From Octopus bimaculoides (Eukaryota), in the NCBI RefSeq assembly GCF_001194135.2, contig NC_068982.1, positions 104,660,991 through 104,724,990 on the forward strand: a stretch of 64,000 nt of DNA. Reading direction: 5' to 3'. Shown one piece after another: positions 34,893-48,690 of this stretch. How positions within the stretch are numbered: position 1 is the first letter of the stretch; the number at the start of each line of letters is the position of its first letter. A program made the position numbers and the translations under genes. The notes beneath the pieces were generated by a model. That model searched no databases and was not told the origin of the DNA. It was given only the letters and a program-made list of their open reading frames with translations.

Positions 34893-37103
34893 TGAGAATA
34901 GAGCATTAGATAAAAGGTTTTTGCTTATCAACAAATAGTCACACAGATATGCTGTCAGAAAATTCTAAATCATAACATTATTCCAAATGTAAGGAATAGA
35001 ACAGAAAGTTAACAAAAAAAAAAGTATCTGAAGAAAATTGTAAATTTTCTATGTTGAAATTTTGTAAATAAAATATATCAAACATCAGCAAGAAAACCCA
35101 GCTTATCAAGTGTAATAAATATAATGACAGCTGCAGATTAATACAAAGTCTAATGTCCAATGTATAACATAGGTTTCTGCACTTTTATGAAAGACAAGAC
35201 TAACATAAATAATGCTAATTTATTACAATGAGGTCTATTCAACTGTAATAAATTTAGTCCTAGATTTTGTAGTTGCATCTATTACATTGGACTATTCACC
35301 TTATTGCTGACTACATATCACTAATGCTTTCACCATGCAACTACTGATAAGAATACTCTTGATCTTCATTAGAAGCTGTAACATAAAAATGCCTAATTAG
35401 GATTTTGCTCTATATAACTTAGTATAACATTTCTTTTTATCTTTTATTTCTTTCAGTCATTTGACTGTGACCATGCTGGGGCACTGCCTTGAAAGATTTT
35501 AGTCAGACAAATCGACACCCCCAGGACTTATTTTTTTAAAGCCTAGTATTTAGTCTATAGGTTTCTTTTGCCAAACACACTGATACTGGTTGTCAAGTGA
35601 TAGTGGAAGACAAACAAAGACACACACATAGATACATGTGTGTATGTGTTGTATAATGAACTTCTTTCAGTTTCTATCTACAAAATCCCTCAAACACCTG
35701 ATGACTGTTATATATTGCTCTTGAATTAAGTAAATCTGGTGACACCTCTACTATATTGGAATTTGAATTTAATGGTAAAGATTTTTAGTAAATAAAAAGA
35801 ATGGTTTACTTATAAGAGTGTTGTTTAAGTTTAGATAAGAAGAGTTATATTCTTTGCGCTGTGTTGCATGGAATACAATGTTGATGGTTGAGATGGAGGA
35901 AGTATTACAGGTTAGGAAATAGAGTTTGAGAGAGACTTAAGACTGATACTAACTCAAAATTTACTTTCCACATGAAACCTTTTAGGATGGCAATAAATAG
36001 GGACAAGTAAGGCAGTGAGCTGGCAGAATCATTAGCATGCCAGGCAAGATGCTTAGTGGCATTTCATCCATCTTTATGTCCTGAGTTCAAATTCCACCAA
36101 GATTGACTTTGACTTTCATCCTTTGAGAGTCAATAAAATGAGTACCAGTTGAACACAGGTCGATTTAATCAACTTGGCCTCTCCCCGAAAACTGCTGGTC
36201 TTGTGCCAAAATCTGATATAAATAGAGACAAAGACAGGAATGTGTGTGGGCAGTGCATTGTGTTCTTGAGCAAAACACTTCATTCCATGTTGCTCCAATC
36301 TAGCAATAGCTGGGAAATTAGCCCTGCAGCAGACTGACATCCTCTTTAGTGGAGAGTGTTGTAATCTTAGAAACCAGGTTAAATTCCAGCCTAATGAGTC
36401 CTAAGGCCTACAGCAGACCTGAGCTAAGCTAAGATGGCAAAGAAACAAAAGAACCGTTTATCTAAGACAAAAAGTGAGGACAATTCAAGAGAATTTATCT
36501 GTAACAGTTTATAATTTAACTCTGAACTAGTTACATACCATCTCTAGCCTGGCCCACTCAACATACATGTCCCTTCCTCTCATTCCTATTGTGTATTACT
36601 TTCCCATACCCCAAACTAACTAACTGCCTCTCATTCCTTCCTCCCTGGTATGTACAGATATTCAAGTTGAACATAACCATATCAGTCTCAACAGTCTCCA
36701 AGAGCTCTGTGAGGTTAAATGAGCACATCATATTCCTTCTTGCTCAACTATTAAATAAAATATTTTGTTTATTTGCTAGTTTATGACAAAAAAACAAGTT
36801 TTCTTCAGGTTCACAATTATTTGCAAGGGTTTGTGTTACTGTAAATGTTCCTGTATAGCATATATGATAATGTTACACATCTATTTGGTATACCTGTGTA
36901 ATATAATTATACCATTTGTTGATTTTCTTCCCTGTTTTTTATAATTATCTGAGTCACAGCTGACTAAAACATTAGAATATTACTAGCAGAAAAGCCAGTA
37001 GTTCTTTTTTGTCACTTATACTACTGTGTGTGTCCTTTCCATAACTCGATCCTATTAGCTGTAAATGAGTATCAAAAGTTGATGCAACTTCATCCCTTTA
37101 GAC

Positions 37104-37364
37104 CAGGGATTTTCAAACTGTGGTCCACGGACCACAGGGGGTCCGTGAACAGCAAATACTTTTTATGGGCAATTTGATTTTATATATGGTTTTTAATCGA
37201 AATCTTTTAATTGACAACAAACCTATTTGTTAAATACTGTTAAATAAATAAATGTAAAAATATGTTATTTTAAACAAATATTTATGTATAAATTTCATAA
37301 GCATTTATAAGGTAAAGCCTGAAATATAAAGGGGTCCGCAAGTCAAAAAGTTTGAAAACCCCTG
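37104..37364. mobile_element. hAT (Charlie-like) MITE (261 bp)
   Basis: TIR cagggattttcaaact versus agtttgaaaacccctg (15/16) and a perfect 8-bp TSD ctttagac at 37096-37103 and 37365-37372. Confidence 0.95.
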
Positions 37365-40227
37365 CTTTAGACAGCAGAAACACTATAACAGGAAAGTTTT
37401 CATTAGCTTGCAAAGTTGAGCCCATCCTTTTTTTTTTTTTAAGGTAAAAAAAAAATTTTGAAAGATTTAAAAGAACACCAATAGAAGTATTTCTCAATAG
37501 CTTAATGCTTATAAACTTAATAGTTCAAAGTTCAAAGTCTATCAAAATCATGGTTTGAGATTTTCTGGTAATAGTGGTTGACAGAAAAAAAATAATAAGA
37601 GGTAGAAAATGCAATTTATTCTATCTCTGAGTGTATAAATGGTTTATATCAATGCTTAACAGTTTAATAATAGACATTTGAACTTCTTGAGGGACTGCAA
37701 TTAAATGACTTACTAAGTTTTCATCCAATAGTTCAAAGTTCAAAATCTATCAAAATCAGTTTAGTCTTTCATCTCTCTGGAAATGATAAAATTACTGGAA
37801 CAAGTAGTCAAAATTAGATTATAGCTGGCCTATTGAGCTTGTGGACCACTATCAAATGTTTCATTGACTACCCCGTAACTTCCTACCCTCTCACTTTTGA
37901 AATCCTCTAGCATTCTAGTTTTTGCCTTCTCGAATTTTTTTTTTTTTTTCTGGGTTCCTTGTCTTAAAAATAGAACGAACAAATGGTCTCTATTTTTAAA
38001 CCACAAGTGAGTTTGCTGAATATAAGCTTGCTATATTGAGACAGTTCAACAACATAAGCACTATTTTTCTTAGATTACTATCATTGAAATATTCTACCAT
38101 TATTAAATGTATTCACACTCATTTATTACTAAATAAGAGAATTCAATTTTTACAATACATGCTACTTCCATCATGAGAACTGAAAACTTACAAAGAGAGA
38201 GAGTGTGTATTAAATTCTTACAAACAAGCATGAAGGTTTGAATTTTCAAGAATGGAAAAATGAGATTGTAATAGTGCAAATGTCTTTCTCAGTAATTGAA
38301 AACAAAAAAAGTACAATGTCTCTCCAAGAACCAACTTTATCATAAACCTTATTAATACAAAATATTCTTTTTTCCTTTATATACAGTTACAAATTTATGG
38401 AGGGGTGGAGTGATATTGTATGATGCTCATGCCTTTATCAAAAGCATTAACAATGTAAAGTGAAATAGATTTAAATGGAAATAGAATAGCTACGAAAATT
38501 AACCTAAATTATTTCCAATAATTTGATAATTTTTCTTTGAAGAATCAAATCATTGAAAATATCTTAGTTTTAGCAATGATACTCATCTACAGGATATGGT
38601 TAACTTGCGTACGATTCAGTTTAGTTTTTTGCATGGACACGCAACTTCAGATGCCATATTTCAGTGAGAAAATATGTTTTCAAAAACTCTACACTTGATA
38701 ATTTGGATAAGATTCTTCAGAGTTCCATGTCTTGCAGTCTAGTGAGTATGAAGAAAACTAATCTCTGGAAAACAATAGTACTATGTGATGTAAGTTAGGA
38801 TTAGAAGCAATTTCAGTAATGAATTTCATGTACAGATAAATGTTTTCATAGACTATCGTTTCCCCTTCCATTCATTATATTAAGGCTATAATGCAGTTGT
38901 TGGTAACTTAATATCTTAATGGTCCAGTTCTTATAGCCTGGTTGTCAAAGGGTTGCAAAAAAAAAAAGTTAATAAAATGGTCTTTGAATATGAAAGAGAG
39001 AAATGAAGCAAGGATATATTATACACCCACTGGATGTTGAATGTTAACTTTTATGAATAGCAAAGTACAAGAGAGGTAAGTGAGCAGCTATTAAAAATAT
39101 CGGCCAATGTATGCTAAAGAGTCAATTACACTGAGCATATGCAAATGGACAATGAATGCTTGGTGAAAAGGTGAAAGGCTCTTGTGACAATGGAATACTA
39201 AGGATGTCATGGTGAGGTCAGATCTCTAGATGCTCGGCCTCACAGATGAGAGTATAAAAGATTAAAGCAATGAGTAAAATGCCTTATCTATCTCATGGCA
39301 ATATTGTAAAAAAAAATTTTTTTAAATAGCAAAACAGTGTTGTTTAGCTTTAGGTCAGCCTTGACTTAGAAGATCTACGATCAAAAGCATTTCATCATCA
39401 TCATCATCGTTTAACGTCTGCTTTCCATGCTGGCATTGGTTGGATGGTTTGACTGAGGACTGGTGAGCCAGACGGCTGCACCAGGCTCCAGTCTGATCTG
39501 GCAGAGTTTCAGTTATGATTATTCCATTCAGACACAATGCAACCAGAATCATATGCAATGTGTCTTCATCTTTAAGCCAGTTGGATGTGATTTGCAGAAG
39601 AGTTGGTTAGTTTTCCTTGCAAGCCAGGCAACCATATAAAAGTTACCTTATTAGCTCAACAATGGTTATGGTAGATCTTTTATTTCTTGCAGGTTATTTT
39701 TTTGTATTGACTTTTACAGCACTTAACTATAACTTGAAAATTTACCCTGTATATTTTGCAAATGAATGTCAATAACAATTTAGGAGGATCTTTTTTTCAT
39801 TGTATTTTGTGGTTTTCTCATTAAGTTTAAATTAAGGCACACACATTCAGTGTAACAAATTCATGAGTTTAAATTTTTTCCTCGGTTATTGGTTATACAA
39901 ATAATGTACAGAAACTGATACTATTATATCAATATTACAGACTTTCAGATAGTTTACATGTTACAAATCAGAAATACAGAAACACTTACTTATTTACAGT
40001 TTGATCATGAAGTATTCAATAGGAACCTTTGTATTTTAGTCGCTCGGTCAATAGTCATTAGAAAATATTGCGTCAACAAAAAGAATAACTTCTGACACCC
40101 GAATTTTCTGGAGTTTACTTATAACTTAAACAGACTTCACACTATAGATTCAGATCTTCCTCAACCTTTTATATAACTCAGTCATTAATGTATATTCTAA
40201 CAATACAATGGCTTTTACTTCCCGCAG

Positions 40228-40246
40228 AAGCAGATTCTAAAAACAG
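40228..40246 (+). other. Candidate 19-nt microexon of an unidentified plus-strand gene
   Basis: cttttacttcccgcag| acceptor and CAG|gtaaga donor, both strong. Confidence 0.35.
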
Positions 40247-41715
40247 GTAAGAAAAAAGAAATTATTATCACCATTGTTATATTTGTTGTAGCTCAGTGGA
40301 GCAGAATATGTAGAACTACCAAAAGATTTCTAGGGAAATTCAGTCTGTTTGGAGTATCCCAAACAGTAGCTCATTTCACTCTCTAGCATACAAACTTTCT
40401 CAACTGCTTTCTTTTCTTTAACTTACTTACTTAATATACAACTACATCTCAATGACTGGCCCTTCTCTTCAGGGGCTGAAAATATTTCAGACTCCCAAAA
40501 TTACTGACATTTTATGAAGTGTCATTGAGGTCCATAATAAAGTATTGTACATATATCTGGAATGGTATTGGTGCTGTTGTAGCACAGAGACCTCCAAGAC
40601 TACATCTACAGAAAGGTACTTGACTGAGTGACTTTATGTCACTCACAGACATTCTCTAGCCTATGGTTGATAAATATGCCATTCCTTTCTTTTCTCTAGA
40701 GCTACTACAATGGCCTCTGCTCTTCAAAGCTAGTGACTCTAGTTACTTCCACTCTTGTTACTCCCAACTCACTTGCTTCTCTTTTCATCACTAGTGTCTA
40801 CATCACTCATCTTGGCCCTACATTAACCTCTGCTCACAATCCTTCCTCTCTACAATGTTAGTCTTCTAGAATTCCCTTCCTTCTCATGTGTTTCCTGCAG
40901 GTGTCATCTTGCAACAGTTAATGCAAAACATTAATGACATTAATATTACTAGTCTTGGGAGTCCATGTGTCTTCCTCCAGACATAGTGAGTAAAAGAGAA
41001 AACAACCAATCACAAATTCTCACTTTTTCTTAAACATTTCAAAGGCAAGCTGATGGTAATTTTTCAAATTCTCTCGCTATTTTTACTCTTCAATTACCTA
41101 CATTTACTTTTAATTTTTAATCTCTAAAATTACATGCGTTTTTATGGTGGTGGTGAATTTACAATTTAAAATTTTAGCATATATTTTGCTGTCACAACAC
41201 TTCATAAGCACTACAGAGCTAAAACCCTGAATGTTATTATCATGCTAGACTTCATACCCATATCTAATAGTAGATACTTCACACATACAACGTTGCCCAA
41301 AACTGCATCCCATAGATGAAGTTTTTTTTTTCAGAAATAGAAAATACTTTGGCTCTTAAAGGCCATATCAGAGTACTGCTGACATACCTGATATCATTTT
41401 GCTGCTACACACTATCACCTTAGTATCCAAAATAAAAGGCCAGCCAGCTGATTGGCAATGTTACACTTGCTAACATGCTGCAACTACTGGTTCACTTGAG
41501 CCAAAGAGAAAACCTCTGTGTAGCTGCTTAGCATGCTAGAAATAGCAGCAAATTCTTTCTCATATCACACCTTCAGTGTGTCAGAAAAGGACACTTTGGA
41601 TAAGGTAATCTTAGATGCAACTTCAGAAAAAAAAATGATGAAATAGACAAGGCTGGAATACCTGTAATAATACCTATGATTACAGATGTTCAGTTAGGTT
41701 AACTTGGGGTTAAGG

Positions 41716-41748
<33 letters not shown>

Positions 41749-43136
41749 CACCACCACTACTACTAATACTACAACTACTACCTATTGGAACTCCCTGCCC
41801 ACATTTTTTTTCCACCTGATATAACTTACAGAAGTTTAAGCTGGATACCAACCACATCAACCTCACTAATTAAAAGCAGTTTGCAAAGGTTATGAACATT
41901 CCCCTTAATAATTTTTTTATCTAATTTTAATTTTTATTTTTTAATGATTTCTTTATTATTATTAATAATACTTATCATGGTGGGGGACTAGTCAATTACA
42001 TTGACCCCGGTGCTCAGCTAGTACTTATTTCATTGAGTTTGAAAGGATGAAAAGCAAAGTCAGTCTTGGCAGAATTAGAACTCAGAATGTAAAGACAGGT
42101 GAAATACTGTTAAGCATTTTGTCCAACTAAAACTAATAACAATATTAGTTGAATATGTAATGATGGCTACTAAGCCAAGACTAAAGTCATTGTCAACTTT
42201 TTTCTTGAAAAAATTCCTGAAAAAATATGTTCTCAACTAAAAAGTATTAAGTGATCCTTCAATTTAATGTCATGTTGATTTTATATATAATTCTATACAA
42301 AATCAAACATCAATATACAAATATATATAGTCAGATATCTATGTATGTGTGTGTGGTGAGGATTACAACCTCTGAAAAATTTCCCTTCCTATTGCCATCC
42401 CTCTTTTAGTGCTCTCTCAACAATATACAGGGACATGGTGTACCCATTATAAAATCAATATCTATCTATCTACTCATCTATCTTTGCATTCCTAGGGAAT
42501 GTTTGATTAATTTTTACACCCACTACAAAATTCATATCGCTTATAAAGATGTAAATGTTCTTCACTTACATCATTCAACTGCTTCTAGAAAGAACTGAAC
42601 TTAAAAACCTAAATTGTTCTCTTAGTATTATAGAAATTGATGAAATCATTTTCTATATATTGACTGAAATGATAAATACTTTTACTTGTATGCACAACAT
42701 TTTGGACACTAATTACTTAAGGACAAATGATCTTGCTTCTTTATAGGTACAAATACTGATAAATATCAACAAGAAATACATACATCGTGTATGAAATTTT
42801 TGAAGACGTGCAGTTTTCCCACTCGCCTAAACTAGTCAAGGGAGGCAACTTATAGGAAATTTTCAGTGTATTTAATTAAGTCCAATACTGTTGAAAACTT
42901 GCTTTCAGGTACTATCTATAAAATAAAAATTTATCCTTTATCTTTTACTTATTTCAGTCATTCGACTGCAGCCATGCTGGAGTATTGCCTTGAAGGCTTT
43001 AGTAGAATAAATAGCCCCCTATACTTATTTTGAAGTCAGATACTTATTCCATCGCTTCCTTTTGCCAGATGACTAAATTACATGAATGTAAACGAACTAA
43101 AACTAGTGGATGGGGGACAAACACAAACACACATAT

Positions 43137-44108
43137 GTTATCATCATCGTTTAACATCTGTTTTCCATGCTGGCATCAGTTGCACGGTTTGACTGAGGTC
43201 TGGAGAGCCAGGCTCCAATCTGATCTGGCAATGTTTCTTATTTCTTTACTGCCCACAAGGGGCTATACACAGAGGGGACAACAAGGACAGACAAATGGAT
43301 TAAGTCGATTATATCGACCCCAGTGCGTAACTGGTACTTATTTAATCGACCCCGAAAGGATGAAAGGCAAAGTCGACCTCGGTGGAATTTGAACTCAGAA
43401 CGTAGTGGCAGACGAAATACGGCTAAGCATTTTACCCGGCGTGCTAACATTTCTGCCAGCTCGCCACCTTCTGATCTGGCAATGTTTCTCGAGCTGGATG
43501 CCCTTCCTATCGCCAACCACTCTGAGAGTGTAGTGGGTGCTTTTTACGTGCCACGAGCACAGGAGCCAGTCAAGCGGGCATCGATCACATTCAGATAGTG
43601 CTTTTTATGTTCCACAGGCACAGGGCCCAGTCAGAGGGTACTAGCATCAGCCACATTCAGATGGTACTTTTTATGTGCCACCAGCACAGGGGCCAGTGAG
43701 ACGGTCCTGGCATCTATCACGTTCGGATAGTGCTTTTGACATGCCACCGGCATGGGAGCCAATCAGGGGTCTTCTCAAACATATCATATTGCCCGACGCA
43801 TCAGGGGTACTCTTAACTGAGCTGGACATGCATGACTGCAATCTAACTTTAGTTGTCGGGTCTTCTCAATTGCAGCATATCTCCTAAGGTCTCGGTCTCC
43901 TGTCATTGCCTCTGTGAGGCCCAATGTTCAAAGGTCATGCTTCACCATCTCATCTCATGTCTTCTTGGGTCTACCTCTTCCACATGTTCCTTCCACAGTT
44001 AGGGAGTGGCACTTCCTCACACAGCTGTCCTCATCCATACACAACACATGACCATACCAGCACAGTCGTCTCTCTTGCACACCACATTTAATGTTTCTTA
44101 TGCCCAAC
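43137..44108 (-). mobile_element. 5'-truncated RTE LINE (C-terminal ORF remnant, long 3' UTR, (GAT)n tail) interrupted by a SINE
   Basis: 44108-43853 translates LGIRNIKCGVQERRLCWYGHVLCMDEDSCVRKC...GRGRPKKT*DEMVKHDL*TLGLTEAMTGDRDL, continuous with the tandem-unit UTR and the catcatcgtttaac terminus. Confidence 0.92.
43239..43469 (-). mobile_element. Young full-length tRNA-SINE with a 20-bp TSD
   Basis: TSD tctgatctggcaatgtttct at 43219-43238 and 43470-43489; highly similar to 59684-59916. Confidence 0.93.
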
Positions 44109-44541
44109 TATATGGGGTAGGGTGTAAAGTGAGTAATTTCTGATTTCTCCGTATTTTCTCCTTATCTGTTTGAAATTATTACATTGCAAGTATTGCATTA
44201 CCATTTTGTATTACTGCATTATATTTAGGAGTGTAAATTGGTCAGCATAGTTGTTGTTGAAGTTGAGAGAGTTTGAAACATAGTCAGGTGACAGGTTTTT
44301 TTTTTTTTTTTTCAAGAAGTTTTTACTCATCATTGATCCAATTGTAATTGAGGTTGCTAATAAAATATCTGAATAATTTTTGGTATTTAACAATCAATAT
44401 TTTTTCTCTGTTGGAGTCCAAATCAATTGTTTCCCATACTAATGTCTAATATCATACTTTTCAATTTTCAAAAAATTGTGTCTAAATTGGAGCAAAATGA
44501 ACAATAACTAATTTCAGTAATTTCTTCTCTTAAACTGCATG

Positions 44542-44579
<38 letters not shown>

Positions 44580-46473
44580 ATCATAAAGAGAGCCACTCTA
44601 GCAGATTGTGAAAAAGCTATAGAGAATATTTTATGTTGAGTTTGTAGATTTAGTCAAGTTTCATTAACTTTATACCACGTCATTTTTCCATGATACTCTT
44701 TCATTTGACCAAGATATTTAAATTTTTTGATACATTTCTGATCTTTCTGGTGTCTAAGGATGGATATTAATGTATATGAGTCTTCTTCAAATGTAATGCT
44801 GGAGAACTGAAGAGACAAATTTGCTTTATTTTGTCTTACTCATTTTGCCCTGACCAAATTTGTCTTTTATATATTCAAAGATTTGTCCATATACCCCAGC
44901 TGAAAGTTATTAAAAATAACTCATGAATTTTTAAAGATTACATGCTGAAAATTCCTTTTCCCTCTTATCATTTTATTTTTATTTTTTGTGTCAAGAAATT
45001 ACATGAATTCTGTTAATGTTACACTTACATTTTATAGAGAAATTATGGGTGCATCACTTTATTTATTTTATATCAGTTTACATCAATGTGTTGGTGGAAT
45101 ATTTTTACCAAATCAATTGTTTTTATAGTTAGCAGTCCTGTCTTATTTTAATCCATAAACCAAGAAATAAGTGAGGAAACCTGTGTCTTGAGTGGGTGAA
45201 GTTACATGTTTTGTACAGGGGCCATAGCACAAAGGGTGTAGTAAGGTTTGAACTAGTTAGTAGTTCAGCACATTAACCTTACAGCTGATCCAGAATCCAA
45301 GCAAGCCAAGTAGATGTTTGTGTCAGCAAAATTAATAATAGAAGAAAAAAATAGATTTTAAAAAATGAATGAAGCAGAAAAAAAAAACAGTTAATAAAGT
45401 CAGCTATTAAACTCCATAGGAAAAGAAAAAATATTAATGTTTTGAGCATGGAAAGTGTAAAAGCATTTTATATTATTTCAAACATATGCACTGATGAAGT
45501 CTTTTCCAAGGACAACATTGTATATTGTTATCTCAGCGTCAGATCATGGAATCATCCTACCCACAGAAAAGTTTGGCTCCTGTCCACTTAGCATTATAGA
45601 AACTGAAGATCATTCTCATCCTCTCTTTTAATTGAGTGGCCATGTAGCCTCTTCTACAAGAACCTGGTTTTTCGCCTTCTCTCATTTCCTAGCATAAGAG
45701 TAACCTGCTGCCACCTCTAGATTTGTAGTCTTATAAGCTACATAGTGACCTCACTAGTGCTGTTGGCATAAAAAAAAGGACCAATACCCACTGTAAAGTT
45801 GTTGACGATAAGAAGGGTAGCCAAAGAAACCATGCAAGAGCAGACACTGGAACATGATGCAGTCCTTGAATCCATCGGATCCTGTCAATCTGTCGAACCT
45901 ATATCTGCATAGAACATAGGCCTTAAATGATGATGATAAAGATATGCACCAGCTCCATGGATCCTGTGATTTGAAAGAAAATTATTATTTATTGGAAGAT
46001 AATACATTGACATATAGTGGTAATTGCTCATTGTAGGTTGTACTCACTCTACACATTTGGTACATCCAGTATTTATTAATACATCATCAAACCCTTCTCT
46101 TTCTCTTTCTCTCTCACACCTACACACACACATAGATATTTGTAGTTGTTGTCAGATTTTGTCCTAGAGATAAATTTTTGATATGTGTCATGGCCATTAG
46201 TTACCTTTTCTTGTCAAAACTAACATAGTGTATCATGCAGATTTTTGCAAGTAAGCTGTTTATTTCGTCTCCAGATATCTGTTTGGATTGGCGTGTCCTA
46301 CACTTCGGGGCTCAAATGGAATATAATTGCTCTGAGTCGTTTTTAGTGAACTCATTCCCAACTTAGGAAATGCTACTTTCTTATAGTGTTTCTGAATAAC
46401 AAATAAGTGAATAATTATATATATTCATTTTTTTTTTTGCCTTCTTAAATAACAGTCACTATTTCCCCCCTCC

Positions 46474-46633
46474 TCCTCCTCCTCCACCACCACCATCTCC
46501 TCTTCCTCCACCACCACCATCTCCTCCTCNNNNNNNNNNCACCACCATCTCCTCTTCCTCCACCACCACCATCTCCTCCTCCTCTTCCTCCACCACCACC
46601 ATCTCCTCCTCCTCCTCCTCCTCATCATCATCA
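46474..46633. repeat. Compound (CCT)/(CCA)/(CAT) microsatellite with a 10-N gap (46530-46539)
   Basis: Seen directly; explains the poly-E, poly-G and poly-R ORFs. Confidence 0.95.
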
Positions 46634-46849
46634 TTTAATGAGCTTTTCATGCTGGCATGTTTTGAACAAGTTGCCATAGTCCAAGTCATATTTTATTTGG
46701 AATTACTGCCAACTGAGGTCAATGGTTCTTAAAGCAGGTAGTACCTCTCGGGAAGGGGGGGGGGCATATTTTATATTGGTACTGCAAATAAAAAGGTTGG
46801 TCAGCAAGTAAATAAAGAAAAAGATATATATATATATACCACACTGGGC

Positions 46850-47180
46850 CTCATGAAGGCGATGACAAGTGACTGAGACCTTTGGTGATATGCTGTGCTT
46901 GAGAAGACTCATCAAGCCCAGTGAAACCATAGGTGTGGCAGATGCTGGTGTCAAGTTACTGGCACCCATGCCAGTGGCACATAAACACACCTGTGCTGGT
47001 GGTACATAAAAGGCACTCATTACACTCACAGAGTGGTTGGCATTAGGAAGGGAATCCAGCCATAGAAACCATGCCAAATCAGTCTGGATCTTGGCACAGC
47101 TCTCCAGCTTACCAGCTGCAGTCAAACTGTCTAACCCATGCCAGCATGGAAAACAAATGCTAAAAAGATGATGATGATGA
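46850..47180 (+). mobile_element. RTE 3' end with a (GAT)n tail
   Basis: gactgagacctttggtgatatgctgtgcttgagaagac (DRDLW.YAVLEKT-like) through ccatgccagcatggaaaac...gatgatgat. Confidence 0.8.
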
Positions 47181-48039
47181 TGACCACAGTGAATGTAAAT
47201 TATAATCAATTGAGTAAAGTATAATTCAAAAGGTAATTTTGAAATTTGTGGATATGTTCATCTATGTGATAAAGATGACCACTGCACCTGTAACATTAGG
47301 TAGCATCTTGACTTGTATGTGTATGTATATATGCAGATCTACATGCTTAGACATTCTCAATTCTAGCTGTAAGTATCATCTCTTAATCTTATAATCTACC
47401 TACTGATATAAGTTGGCATATGTAAACTTGCACATAGACTGAAAAATCAAGATACATGTGTATGTGAATATATAAAAAACACACTATAAATTAAATATAA
47501 TGATAAATTTCAGTTGCTAGTTATTGGAGTATATATGAAGCACTAAGAATTCATTACCTGAGTTTGACCAAAGTCATATTAAAGGTTGAATCAATAACTC
47601 AAATCAAGCAGTTGTACTTCAAATATTCTTTTATAGTAGAGTGATGCTGTGGCAAGTAATCATTGCCTCAAATTAGTTCCCAGAATTAAATTACTTTAGC
47701 CAGATCACTGAATTGCAGCAAGAGCATGCTGAAAAAGTGTTAATGAAAAAAAATAGATAATAGTTAAAAAAAAATTTGAGAAACTCTGTCTTAGATGGAC
47801 TGCAGACCAGACCTTGCTCATACATTTAAATTATAATGTGATTTTTACGGCAAGATGCCCTTCCTATCACCAGCCACTTTATGGAGTATCTTTTATCATG
47901 GCACCAGCACTAGAGAAGTTAAGTTCTTGACAAAACTAAAAACGCCTCTTGACTCTGCATTGTTTCTGCTCATTTGCTAACGACTTTACTGAATGTACCA
48001 GATAAATTTTATCATGGTGCTAACACTAGAGTAGTTGCC

Positions 48040-48690
48040 TTGCAACTACAAGACTAAACAAACCTCACTACTTGGTTGTCTTTGTTCGCTTAAGTCAGAT
48101 ATAACTGAATGGATGAAGAGAGGACAGAGCAATAACAGAAAAAAAAAATGGAGAAGGTAAAACAAAAAAGCCTGATAGGAGAAACAAAACAAAGTAGTAA
48201 GAGGATAGTATGGATGGTATTCATGGAAGAGAAACAGTGATATGCTATATGGTGGTTGTTGGTAAGGAGATTGAATAGAAACAGAGTATGAACAGTGAGA
48301 GTTAGGGAGACTAGATAATAGAAGAAAGAGAACTGAGAGAGAGAGTGTTGTGTCAACAATGACTAACGCAGGAGGGAGTAAAGTGAGTGAGAGAAAAAGA
48401 GAGTGATTGAAAGCAACAAAGAAAGATGATAGTAAAAGAGAGTTGGTGATTGTAATAGTGATGGGAAATGGTAAGAGAGAAAGAGCATGATAGATGTCAC
48501 TAGTGAGTAACACAAAGGGGATAGATAACTGTGCTGAAGGGTGTAGCAGATATTGAATATTGACCAATCTGATGCAATCTTTCGTTGTAGACATCATACT
48601 GGGAGAGAGGTAGATTGATAACAATAATGGTTTGGAGTGGGATTGAATATGACCAGATGCAATGCCTTCATCCATAGCATTAATCAATCT
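48040..48690 (+). repeat. Purine-rich (GA) low-complexity repeat-derived tract
   Basis: Strong strand asymmetry; the mirror-composition CT-rich tract is at 56200-57400. Confidence 0.6.

Noticed and set aside
39061-39081. Strong donor GAG|gtaagt
   Set aside because: Lies in a decayed RTE reverse-transcriptase remnant (QFSFLHG..TSDAIF near 38610); no credible exon
47514-47760. Exon-like open frames on both strands
   Set aside because: Weak donors, conflicting phases with neighbouring candidates, and stops in all frames of the minus-strand version
48046-48687. 213-aa ORF on the minus strand
   Set aside because: Low-complexity L/S/F product of a pyrimidine-rich strand; no domain and no splice logic
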